Below are positions 15,921-24,439 of a stretch of DNA of 64,000 bases, one piece after another. Every line of letters begins with the position of its first letter. Positions within the stretch are counted from its first letter, which is position 1. Origin of the DNA: Clostridia bacterium (GTDB taxonomy: Bacteria; Bacillota; Clostridia; Oscillospirales; CAG-382); contig JAFQHL010000045.1 in assembly GCA_017397955.1 (NCBI GenBank), forward strand, positions 26,072 through 90,071, written 5' to 3'. Under the pieces are notes generated by a model that was given only the letters and a program-made list of their open reading frames with translations, was not told the DNA's origin and ran no database searches. Position numbers and translations under genes: made by a program.

Positions 15921-17265
15921 ACAGCAGCAATCTTGTATACATATCAGTGGAGGAGCTATATCCTCATCCCGACAACCCACGAAAGGAGCTTGGAGAACTT
16001 ACCGAGCTTGCGGAAAGCATTAAGTCTAAAGGTGTTATGCAGAACTTGACCGTGGTGCCTCGCTCAGAGGGCGGCTACACGGTTATTATCGCCACAGGAG
16101 AAGCGCGGCGGCTAAGGTCGCAGGGCTTGAGCGGGTGCCGTGCGTTGTAGTGGAAATGTCAGAGCGTGAGCAGGTGGCGACAATGCTGCTTGAAAATATG
16201 CAGCGTGTGGATCTTACTGCCTATGAGCAAGCGCAGGGCTTTCAAATGATGATGAACCTGGGCGAGAGTGTTGAAAGCATTTCCGAAAAGACGGGATTTT
16301 CTCGAAGCACGGTAAAACGCAGACTAAAAATGGCTGAGCTGGATGCGGAAACCTTGCGGCAAGTATCGGCACAGCGCCAACTCTCTATTGGTGACTTCGA
16401 CAAAATAGCGCAAATCGAGGATGTCGGCAAGCGTAATGAGCTTTTGCATGATATCGGCACGAATAATTTTGAGCAATCATTTACACGTGCGCTAAAACAG
16501 CAGAAGATAGCCCGTGCAATGCCTTTTGTAAAGAATGCAATAAAAGCTTTGAAGGGAAAGAAAATTGAGCGCCACGAGACCTACGATGGAAAATACACAA
16601 AAATTCTTGAAGTGAAGCTTGAGGACTTCAAGGATGGGGATACACTAAAAATCCCCAAAAAAGACCAGGGACAAAAACTCTTTTATTATCTTGATGAAAG
16701 CTGGGGCGAGCTGAAGGTATACATACTTGCACCAAAGGCGTCGCCGGTTAAACGGTCCAAAGAAGAACTTGAAAAGGAGAAGCGCATCAAGGAGGCACAT
16801 GCTACCCTTGAGGCTCTTACAGCCGAGGCGTACGAGCTTCGTTACAAGTTCGTAAAGGAATTAAAGCTGACAAAGGCTAACGAGGGTGCGATCAGAGAGG
16901 GCGCTGTTGTAGCTTTATTGGCAGAGCAGAACTTTTATAACAGCAATTTAAACAAGCGCGAGATATACGTGAATAATATAGGCGTCGAAGGAATTGAGAC
17001 CGTTTATGACAGCAACATTTTGTTCGAGAAAGCGTTGACGGCCTATCGTATGAACCCAAAGCACACTTTGCCTTCGATTATTTACGTTTCCTTTGGGGAT
17101 ACGAATACCGAGCGCTTCTACACAAAGTGGAAAAGCGAGTATCCGCAGCATAAAGAAAACAAACGACTTTCTCAGCTTTATGCGTGGCTTATATCCTGTG
17201 GCTACGAGATGAGCGACGATGAGCGAATGCTGATGGACGGTACCCACCCGATATTCAAAAAATGA
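15917..17265 (+). pseudogene. ParB-like nuclease-domain protein split by a 1-nt frame change near 16088-16093
   Basis: ORF 15917-16150 carries the ParB N-terminus (VEELYPHPDNPRKEL...GVMQNLTVVP...YTVII). The adjacent frame, open from 16030, continues with HRRSAAAKVAGLERVPCVVVEMSEREQ and runs to 17265. Confidence 0.6.
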
Positions 17266-17309
17266 GCACAGCGCACAATGTTGAACCAGTGATTAAAAGA
17301 GAAAACATA

Positions 17310-17897
17310 ATGAGCAAAGCAGTTTTGATAAGCATACAGCCCAAATGGTGCAAACTTATTTTCAAATTTTTAGGGTGGGACAATGGTAGACCGCTTTACA
17401 AAAAGCGTTTAGACTTGCGAAAGTCAAAGCCTGATTGTAATATACCTTTCAAAGCTTACATCTATTGCCCGAAGGATAATACCGACCGTGTTCCGTCAAG
17501 AATATGGTGGAAAGCAGATAAAACAGGCTTTCAACACATTTTGAACGGCAAAGTCATAGGCGAATTTGTGTGTGATTACATTTTAAGCCATTGTGAAATG
17601 GCAAACGCTGATATGGCGGAACAAATGTCTTGTGTTTCACGAGAGGACATTCTGAAATATTCAAACGGCAAAGAAGTTTTTGGGTGGCATATATCCGACC
17701 TTGTAATCTACGACAAGCCGAAGGAGCTCAGAGAATTTTACAGAAAATGTGAAGCGGATAAGTGCGAAGGGTGTGAACACCTTAAATATCAGCACATCAA
17801 CGCAAATGAGCTGGATTACGATTGCGAATTTTTGAACTATAATATTCCAATAACAAGACCGCCGCAAAGTTGGTGTTATGTGGAGGTGATAGCATGA
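17310..17897 (+). CDS. ASCH (PUA-like) domain protein
   Basis: MSKAVLISIQPKWCKLIF...VIGEFVCDYI...GWHISDLVIYDKPKELREF matches the ASCH pattern. An alternative ATGA-coupled start exists at 17262. Confidence 0.55.
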   Translation: MSKAVLISIQPKWCKLIFKFLGWDNGRPLYKKRLDLRKSKPDCNIPFKAYIYCPKDNTDRVPSRIWWKADKTGFQHILNGKVIGEFVCDYILSHCEMANADMAEQMSCVSREDILKYSNGKEVFGWHISDLVIYDKPKELREFYRKCEADKCEGCEHLKYQHINANELDYDCEFLNYNIPITRPPQSWCYVEVIA

Positions 17898-18232
17898 CAG
17901 ATAAAGAGATTATTAAGGCTTTAGAACTTTGTATCGAGGGTGGCGATGGTTCCTGTACAATTTGCCCTTATGCTAACACACCGAATTGCTATGACGAAAG
18001 CGGAAAAGATATCCTTGACCTTATCAAACGCCAAAGGGCAGAGATTGAGAGGTTATTGCAAAAAACGCAACAACCACAAATCGGAACAACAAAAGAGCTT
18101 AAGGTAATAAAGCTTGTTGAAACCGAATATGAGAAGGCGAAGAATCTTGAATATATCCGCAACCCTCTTGCTTATGCCTTGCATAAAGTTTGGAAAATGG
18201 TGGATGCAGAGAAAGGAAGATGGGAAGAATGA
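17894..18232 (+). CDS. small Cys-rich hypothetical protein (family A)
   Basis: ATGA overlap with the upstream gene. EIIKALELCIEGGDGSCTICPYANTPNCYDE is paralogous to 13010-13228. Confidence 0.5.
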   Translation: MTDKEIIKALELCIEGGDGSCTICPYANTPNCYDESGKDILDLIKRQRAEIERLLQKTQQPQIGTTKELKVIKLVETEYEKAKNLEYIRNPLAYALHKVWKMVDAEKGRWEE

Positions 18233-18441
18233 TTGAGATTAAATGTTCAAAGGCACAATTTGACAGGATAATGACGAATTTATCAACTTGCGGTTGTCTA
18301 TCTAAAAGTAATGGCTTGGCGGTTTGTGTTTTGGGGAAATCGCAATATACGTGTCCTGCTATTAATGGCAAAAATCCTCAATTAACTTGTACAGAATGTT
18401 TACGCAAAAATATTATGAGAAAGGAAGATGAGGGGAAATGA
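18229..18441 (+). CDS. small Cys-rich hypothetical protein
   Basis: 70 aa from the ATGA-coupled ATG at 18229. Contains seven Cys residues. Confidence 0.4.
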   Translation: MIEIKCSKAQFDRIMTNLSTCGCLSKSNGLAVCVLGKSQYTCPAINGKNPQLTCTECLRKNIMRKEDEGK

Positions 18442-18752
18442 AAGAACGCAGTAAACATATGATGTGTTGTGGTTGTGGTTTTGTTGTATTGGCGGAAAAT
18501 ATGTTTATAAAAGAATATAAAAACACGGCAATTTGTCTGTGTAAAAAGTGTGCCAAAGATTTAAGCAATGAAATACAGCAACATTACAAGGTTGAAATTG
18601 TAAGATGCAAAGATTGTGTTTTGAAATTCGAATCAAATGACGGATATGTTTATTGTCACCATACAGGAATGCCGATAAAGCAAAACGGATATTGCGATTG
18701 GGGAACAAAAGGCATTAACGCCCACCCAACCGAGAAAGGCGGTGTTGAATAA
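18438..18752 (+). CDS. small Cys-rich hypothetical protein (family B, VRCKDC...YCDWG)
   Basis: ATGA overlap with the upstream gene. Contains VEIVRCKDCV...NGYCDWGTKG. Confidence 0.5.
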   Translation: MKERSKHMMCCGCGFVVLAENMFIKEYKNTAICLCKKCAKDLSNEIQQHYKVEIVRCKDCVLKFESNDGYVYCHHTGMPIKQNGYCDWGTKGINAHPTEKGGVE

Positions 18753-18940
18753 TGCCTAAAATGTGTAATGGGTGCGAATTTTTGAATATTGATGAATATG
18801 AGCAAGATTTAATTAAAGCAAAGTGTGGCAATCACCCTCCGCACATTTGCAAGAAATACAACAAACGAGTTACACACTTTCCGTATAGTGAGCCTTATAT
18901 TCACCCTTGCGAAGAATGTGAGAAAGGCGGTGAGGGGTGA
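18752..18940 (+). CDS. small Cys-rich hypothetical protein
   Basis: 62 aa with a TAATG overlap. Contains CNGCEF...CEECEKGGEG. Confidence 0.4.
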   Translation: MPKMCNGCEFLNIDEYEQDLIKAKCGNHPPHICKKYNKRVTHFPYSEPYIHPCEECEKGGEG

Positions 18941-19245
18941 TGGGTGAATATATTGAGCGTGAAGCTGTGTTGACACTTATACAGAAGTTGTTCCATAACA
19001 CACGAGTTGACGGAGAAGAACAGATTGGCGTTTTGAAATGTCATCGTATAATTCGTGAACATCCCACCGCCGATGTTGCGGAAGTGGTAAGGTGTAAAGA
19101 TTGCGAGCATTATTCGTTGGCTATGCTCAAATGCTGTCTTCCGTCAGATGATGAACATTCTTTTGATAATTATGCACCGCATATTTGGCAACCAAATGAT
19201 TTTTGTAGTTACGGCACACCAAAAGAAAGAGGTGGGGAGAAGTGA
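18940..19245 (+). CDS. small Cys-rich hypothetical protein (family B)
   Basis: Contains PTADVAEVVRCKDCEHY...NDFCSYGTPKERGGEK. TGATG overlap with the upstream gene. Confidence 0.5.
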   Translation: MGEYIEREAVLTLIQKLFHNTRVDGEEQIGVLKCHRIIREHPTADVAEVVRCKDCEHYSLAMLKCCLPSDDEHSFDNYAPHIWQPNDFCSYGTPKERGGEK

Positions 19246-19484
19246 AAAGGCAAAGAATTGACAAATGTCCTCATTGTAATTCCGATTGGGGTGTTTTTGT
19301 AAAAATGGATTTGATAAATGTACCGAAAAACCTCAATTTTGACGGAACAGATGCTTATAATGGCGAAATGTATGACAATGCGGAGAAAATCATCGAAAAA
19401 CCTACTGTGTATTGTCAAAAATGCGGTAAAGCGATATGCCGATGGGATACGTTTTGTGCATCGAATGACATTATACCATTTTGA
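19242..19484 (+). CDS. zinc-ribbon hypothetical protein
   Basis: GTG start overlapping the previous stop (GTGA). Contains CPHC...CQKC. Confidence 0.4.
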   Translation: MKRQRIDKCPHCNSDWGVFVKMDLINVPKNLNFDGTDAYNGEMYDNAEKIIEKPTVYCQKCGKAICRWDTFCASNDIIPF

Positions 19485-19500
19485 TTAAGGCGGTGATTAA

Positions 19501-19722
19501 GTGGAAAACACAGAAACAAATTTTGACAAATTAAAGGAAATGAAACTGAAAGATGTTTTTGAATTTCTTGGCTTTGAAAAAGATGTGCAACAAAACGTAT
19601 TTTTGAATGTTTTTCAGCTTATAAATTGCCGATATTGTCCTGCACAAAAAGATTGTTCAAGCGGAGAAATCTGTCAAAAAACACAAAAGAATTGGCTTGA
19701 AAAGGGTGGTGCGAATGGCTGA
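19501..19722 (+). CDS. small Cys-rich hypothetical protein
   Basis: GTG start after an AAGGCGGTG RBS. 73 aa. Confidence 0.35.
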   Translation: MENTETNFDKLKEMKLKDVFEFLGFEKDVQQNVFLNVFQLINCRYCPAQKDCSSGEICQKTQKNWLEKGGANG

Positions 19723-19996
19723 TAAGTATGTAAAACTCAATGACATTATAGATACCCTTGAAAACGAATGGGGTTATGAGGGTATGCGTGAGGATTTAGA
19801 GAAGCTACCCACCGCCGATGTCGTGGAAGTGGTTAGGTGTGAGGATTGTATGTATTTTGAGATAGATGTAGAAGATGAGCTTGGACTGTGTAAATGTGGA
19901 TATATGGCAGTTAGTTATGACGGCGAGTTATACCCGCGGAGAAACGATTTTTGCAGTTACGGAGAAAGGAGTACTGATGAAAATAAAACAAGTTGA
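19715..19996 (+). CDS. small Cys-rich hypothetical protein (family B)
   Basis: Contains PTADVVEVVRCEDCMYF...NDFCSYGERS. ATG 19715 follows a GGGTGGTG RBS. Confidence 0.5.
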   Translation: MADKYVKLNDIIDTLENEWGYEGMREDLEKLPTADVVEVVRCEDCMYFEIDVEDELGLCKCGYMAVSYDGELYPRRNDFCSYGERSTDENKTS

Positions 19997-20543
19997 GTCT
20001 TTGTTGAAGGCGGCAAAGCATATAGAGCTGTTTACGGAGAGGGGCTGTCAATGGCTTGGTGACGGGATGGCGTTCTATCCTGTTTACAACCTGCCCAAGC
20101 TGACACGGGAACATATATTCACCATCTTCGATGTACCCGAAGATAAACGCAACAAGTTTTTCTTTGGCGAACAGGATCCGCCCGCCCACATAGACCTTAA
20201 AGACTTTTCAGACCACGAAAGGCTTGTCAAGCGGTTTAGGCTGTCCTTTGTTATAGGCGGCCGCACGGTGGAGCTGATAGAAACCGATGTCGGGCTTGTA
20301 TGCCTCGACGGTAAATACCTTAAACCCTTTCAAGGTGAGCCCGAAGGCTTTGAGTTGTATGAGCGCATAAGCAGAAAGACAGGCGTGTACATAGCGGTAA
20401 AAACGGGACATTCTCTTGCAGGGGTAATAATGCCCTTACGAATTATCGGCAAAGAGTTTGTGCAAGAGCTTGAGCATATAGTAAACCTTGCCCGTTTTGC
20501 TTTGCCCGATACCGAAAGCGCGCAGTGTCAACTTTGCGAATAG
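19977..20543 (+). CDS. hypothetical protein
   Basis: ATG 19977 follows a GGAGAAAGGAG RBS. 188 aa. No family recognised. Confidence 0.4.
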   Translation: MKIKQVESLLKAAKHIELFTERGCQWLGDGMAFYPVYNLPKLTREHIFTIFDVPEDKRNKFFFGEQDPPAHIDLKDFSDHERLVKRFRLSFVIGGRTVELIETDVGLVCLDGKYLKPFQGEPEGFELYERISRKTGVYIAVKTGHSLAGVIMPLRIIGKEFVQELEHIVNLARFALPDTESAQCQLCE

Positions 20544-20556
20544 AAGGGAGAGGACA

Positions 20557-20964
20557 ATGGCAGATATAAATAAGTGCGTATTGGCGGGTCGGTTGGGTGC
20601 AGACCCCGAACTGAAACAAACGACAAACGGGAAAGCGGTTTGTAACTTCCGCATAGCGGTTACGCGTCCGAAAGCCAAAGGTGCTGAGTCTGCAGAGGCA
20701 GACTGGTTTGAAATAGTCACCTGGGACGGCATCGCCGAGCTGTCCGCCCGGCATCTTTCCAAGGGGCAAAAGATAACGGTTATCGGTTGCCTTCGCACTC
20801 GCACATGGACGGACACAAAAGGCGGTAAGCATAGAGAGGTAGAGCTGCACGCCGAACAGGTAGTGTTCATGAGCGCAAAACCGCCGCAGGCAAATCAATT
20901 CTCTGCCGGCAATACATCAGACAATTACGAGGAATTAGCCCCGGACGACGATTTACCGTTTTGA
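20557..20964 (+). CDS. ssb: single-stranded DNA-binding protein
   Basis: OB-fold N-terminus (NKCVLAGRLGADPELKQTTNGKAVCNFRIAV...WFEIVTWDG) and an acidic C-terminal tip (DDDLPF). Confidence 0.9.
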   Translation: MADINKCVLAGRLGADPELKQTTNGKAVCNFRIAVTRPKAKGAESAEADWFEIVTWDGIAELSARHLSKGQKITVIGCLRTRTWTDTKGGKHREVELHAEQVVFMSAKPPQANQFSAGNTSDNYEELAPDDDLPF

Positions 20965-20997
20965 TATCATGATATCGTTTTATGACAAGGAGGAAGT

Positions 20998-21393
20998 ATG
21001 ACAAACAAAGAGCTGTTGCAATATACCAAGATTTGCTTTTGCTTAAAGAAATACAAAGAGGAGCTAAAAAAGCTTGAAATAAAAAGCGCCGGTGCCTCCG
21101 CCGCAAAGCTGACGGGTATGCCTAAATCTTCAGTGTCTTGCAGTACCGTAGAAGCGGCATTGCTTAAGAAAGAGAGCTTGCAGGAAAGAATTAAACAACT
21201 TTCTGCTTTGAAAAAAACTATAGAAGCCTTTATATCTTCCATAGAAGACCCGCTATTAAGGCTTTGGGCGGAAGGCAGGTACAAAGAGGGCTTAAGCTGG
21301 ATAAAGGTGTCTGTTAAATATGGCAAAGGCAATAGTGCAAACACCGTAGCGCAAGCCGTTATCAGATACATAAACCGAAGCAACGCTTCTTAA
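20998..21393 (+). CDS. sigma-70 region-4-like late-gene regulator (DUF1492/ArpU-type)
   Basis: 131 aa. The C-terminal HTH-like segment reads LLRLWAEGRYKEGLSWIKVSVKYGKGNSANTVAQAVIRYI. Located directly upstream of the packaging genes. Confidence 0.5.
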   Translation: MTNKELLQYTKICFCLKKYKEELKKLEIKSAGASAAKLTGMPKSSVSCSTVEAALLKKESLQERIKQLSALKKTIEAFISSIEDPLLRLWAEGRYKEGLSWIKVSVKYGKGNSANTVAQAVIRYINRSNAS

Positions 21394-21613
21394 AACTTGT
21401 CATACTTGTCATAAAATCCGTGCTATAATGGTATTGTAGCAGACCGAGAAAAGCTGTTGCGGAGTGCATTTTTTGCACCCTGCGGCGGTTTTTGTTGGTT
21501 AAAAAGGTACTGTGACGAAGGGTATCTCCCTGCGGGCTCGATGACCCCGGGAGATCTCCAGTTTCAGGCTGAAAAATTAAGGCCGTTTCACTTCACAAAA
21601 AGGAGGGAGCAAG

Positions 21614-22225
21614 GTGTCCAAACAAACATCCACAAAGGTTAATCTCCAAAAGGCAGAAGCAGTGGCACAGTTTGTAGGACTTACTGCTCGCCGAATATAT
21701 CAGCTTACAGACGAAGGGATTTTATCAGCGATAGAAACTTCGGAAGGAAGGCGTTACGATTTTAACGAGACGGTACGCTCGTATATTAAATATTTGCAAG
21801 GAATTTCCGCCGGCAAGGAAGTTAACCTAAGCGAAGCGCAAGCAAAAAAGCGAAAAACCGAGGCTGAGATTAAATACCGTGTTGCTAAAGCTCGCAAGGC
21901 TGAGTTGGAACTTGAAGAACTTGAGGGTACAATGTACAGAGCTGATGATATAGCTGCCGTAATATCGGACTTAGTTTATTTTGTACGAGCGACAGCTCTC
22001 GCGCTTCCCGGCAGACTTGCAATAGATACCGCTGCCGCTCAAACGCCGTCGGAAGCTTCGGTTGTTATAAAGTCAGAAGTGGATAAGTTCTTGCAAGAGT
22101 TAACAAACTACGAATACACCCCCCAAAAATTTAAAGATAGACAAAACAGCCGCGGTATTGCTGTCACTGAAGCAGAGAATAAGGTAAAAGGCAAGGCAAA
22201 TAATGGGCGAAGAAAAACGCCTTAA
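21614..22225 (+). CDS. terS: terminase small subunit (Nu1-like, N-terminal HTH)
   Basis: GTG start after an AAAGGAGGGAG RBS. Contains VAQFVGLTARRIYQLTDEGIL. Its end overlaps the terL start. Confidence 0.7.
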   Translation: MSKQTSTKVNLQKAEAVAQFVGLTARRIYQLTDEGILSAIETSEGRRYDFNETVRSYIKYLQGISAGKEVNLSEAQAKKRKTEAEIKYRVAKARKAELELEELEGTMYRADDIAAVISDLVYFVRATALALPGRLAIDTAAAQTPSEASVVIKSEVDKFLQELTNYEYTPQKFKDRQNSRGIAVTEAENKVKGKANNGRRKTP

Positions 22226-24083
22226 CGCTTTAATAAAGCCGTTAGTATGCGGCTTTGCTCCGCCTGACGACATTACCGTATCACAGTGGGCTGATAAATA
22301 TCGCAAACTCTCTGCAGAAAGCGCAGCTGAACCGGGACAATGGCGTACTGAGAGGACGCCCTATCTTAGAGAACCTATGAACGCGTTTACCGATCCCCGT
22401 GTTGAGCGTATCGTGTTCGTGGCGGCTTCGCAGATAGGTAAGACGGAGCTTGAACTTAATATTATAGGCTATATTATTCATCAGGCGCCCGGCTCTATAC
22501 TCTATGTACACCCTTCGGTAGAGGACGCAAAAAAGTTTTCAAGGCAAAGAATTGCCCCAATGATAAGAGATTGCAAAGCGCTTCGTGATAAGTTATCAGA
22601 TGTTAAGACGAGAGATGGCGGTAATACTCTGTTGCAGAAGACTTTTCCCGGAGGCGTACTTACCGTAACGGGTAGCAACAGCGCATCCGCGCTTGCATCA
22701 ATTCCTGCAAAATATGTTATAGGCGACGAACGCGACCGCTGGGCAATTTCAGCAGGTACGGAGGGTGACCCTTGGTCTTTAGCCCAGGCAAGACAAGCTA
22801 CTTTTTACGACCGTAAAGCTGTGGAGGTATCTACTCCGACGATAAAGGGCGATTCAAACATAGAAAAGAGTTTTCGCAAGGGGACTCAAGAGCACTGGTG
22901 TCACGAATGTCCGCACTGTGGCGAATACTCGGAGATAGAATTTGACGATATAAAATTTACGCCTATATCAAGGACGGTAAAAGGAAAAAAAGAATATAGC
23001 ATACAGGGTGATGTACATTGGTGCTGTCCGGAATGCGGCGCCCTTGCAACGGAGAGCGAAATGCGCCGACAAAAGGCAAAATGGATAGCCGACAAACCCG
23101 AAGCATACGAAAACGGCATTAGGTCCTATTGGCTTAATGCTTTTTGTTCGCCGTGGACTTCGTGGACAAAGATAGTAATTAGCTTCCTTAACGCTCAAGA
23201 CGACCCCGAAGAACTTAAGGTTGTGTTTAACACCTTACTCGGAAAGCTGTGGGAGAATCGAGACAAAGTGCAAGATGAAGATGCAATGCTTGCAAGGCGT
23301 GAGACTTATCCCGCCGAATTGCCCGACGGCGTACTTTGTTTAACTTGTGGCGTTGATACACAGGACAATCGACTGGAATACGAAGTTGTAGGTTACGGTC
23401 ATTACGGTGAAAGTTGGGGAATAAAACGAGGCTTCATTATGGGGCGTCCCGATACAAAGGAAGTGTGGGGTAGGTTAGACGATGTTATCCAACATGTGTA
23501 TAGATACAAAGACGGACGCGGATTGCAAATTTCCATGACTTTAGTGGACTCGGGTGGTCATTTTACACAAGAAGTATACGAAAATTGTCGCGCACGCCAA
23601 GGCTTTCGCGTATTTGCGTGCAAAGGTAAAGGTGGAGAGGGTTATCCTTTCACCTCTCCGCCCTCAAAAGTCCCCATCAGAGAAAACAGAAATATTACTT
23701 GTTCTTTGTTTGTTCTCGGTGTTGATGCCGGTAAGGCTGCAATTATGGCAAATCTTCAAGTGCAGGAACCCGGTGCAAAATACTGTCATTTTCCTGTATC
23801 GGAAGAAGCAGGATATGACGCAAATTACTTTTCGGGGCTCTTATCAGAGCAAACCGTAGTAACAAATACAAAGAACGGTATTGCTTTAGTGTGGAAAAAA
23901 GTGCCGGGGCACAATCGAAATGAAGCTCTTGACTGTCGTAACTACGCTAATGCAGCAGTGCGAATTCTTAATCCTAATATGGACGCCCTTGAACAACGCT
24001 TAAAGGGCGTTATTACTTATACAACGACATCAACGCAACAAAGCGCATCAAGAAAGCGCCGTCGTGTTGAAGATGAATGGTAG
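22203..24083 (+). CDS. terL: terminase large subunit, lambda GpA family
   Basis: 626 aa. Contains VSQWADKYRKLSAESAAEPGQWRTERTPYLREPMNAF...VAASQIGKTE (Walker A-like). Confidence 0.9.
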   Translation: MGEEKRLNALIKPLVCGFAPPDDITVSQWADKYRKLSAESAAEPGQWRTERTPYLREPMNAFTDPRVERIVFVAASQIGKTELELNIIGYIIHQAPGSILYVHPSVEDAKKFSRQRIAPMIRDCKALRDKLSDVKTRDGGNTLLQKTFPGGVLTVTGSNSASALASIPAKYVIGDERDRWAISAGTEGDPWSLAQARQATFYDRKAVEVSTPTIKGDSNIEKSFRKGTQEHWCHECPHCGEYSEIEFDDIKFTPISRTVKGKKEYSIQGDVHWCCPECGALATESEMRRQKAKWIADKPEAYENGIRSYWLNAFCSPWTSWTKIVISFLNAQDDPEELKVVFNTLLGKLWENRDKVQDEDAMLARRETYPAELPDGVLCLTCGVDTQDNRLEYEVVGYGHYGESWGIKRGFIMGRPDTKEVWGRLDDVIQHVYRYKDGRGLQISMTLVDSGGHFTQEVYENCRARQGFRVFACKGKGGEGYPFTSPPSKVPIRENRNITCSLFVLGVDAGKAAIMANLQVQEPGAKYCHFPVSEEAGYDANYFSGLLSEQTVVTNTKNGIALVWKKVPGHNRNEALDCRNYANAAVRILNPNMDALEQRLKGVITYTTTSTQQSASRKRRRVEDEW

Positions 24084-24091
24084 GGATAATA

Positions 24092-24355
24092 ATGGATAAA
24101 ACAAAACTTCAACGGTTAAAAAAGCGTCTTGAGTTTAAGCAACGCTGTCTTGATGCAGCGAGGGAAGCTTATATATCGCTTCTGTCAGGACGCACACAAT
24201 CTTATACCATAGGCAACCGCAGCCTTACAAGATTAGATTTGGGAAAACTGAAAGATGAAATCGACGCTCTTGAAAAGGAAGTTGATTCTTTATCGGCTCA
24301 AATCAGTTCAGGTGCACCTCGCAAGACTGTAGGTGTTATTCTGCGTGATTATTAG
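24092..24355 (+). CDS. gpW-like head-tail joining protein
   Basis: 87 aa located between terL and the portal, as lambda W is. Contains AREAYISLLSGRTQSYTIGNRSLTRLDLGKLKDEIDALEKEV. Confidence 0.6.
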   Translation: MDKTKLQRLKKRLEFKQRCLDAAREAYISLLSGRTQSYTIGNRSLTRLDLGKLKDEIDALEKEVDSLSAQISSGAPRKTVGVILRDY

Positions 24356-24439
24356 GTTATACCGCCAATAGGCGTATAACGGCGGGAAGGAAGAGGCTTT
24401 AGGCTCCTTTTCCTCTTCCGTCCGCACAAGGAGGTAGTT

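Noticed and set aside
16135-17265. Treating the GTG-initiated 376-aa ORF as an independent gene
   Set aside because: Its frame is open upstream to 16030. That upstream stretch encodes the continuation (HRRSAAAKVAGLERVPC) of the ParB domain begun in ORF 15917-16150, so a split single gene is the better explanation.
21457-21642. 61-aa ORF upstream of terS
   Set aside because: It lies in the GC-rich non-coding leader, has no RBS and overlaps the terS start. More likely a regulatory or cos region.
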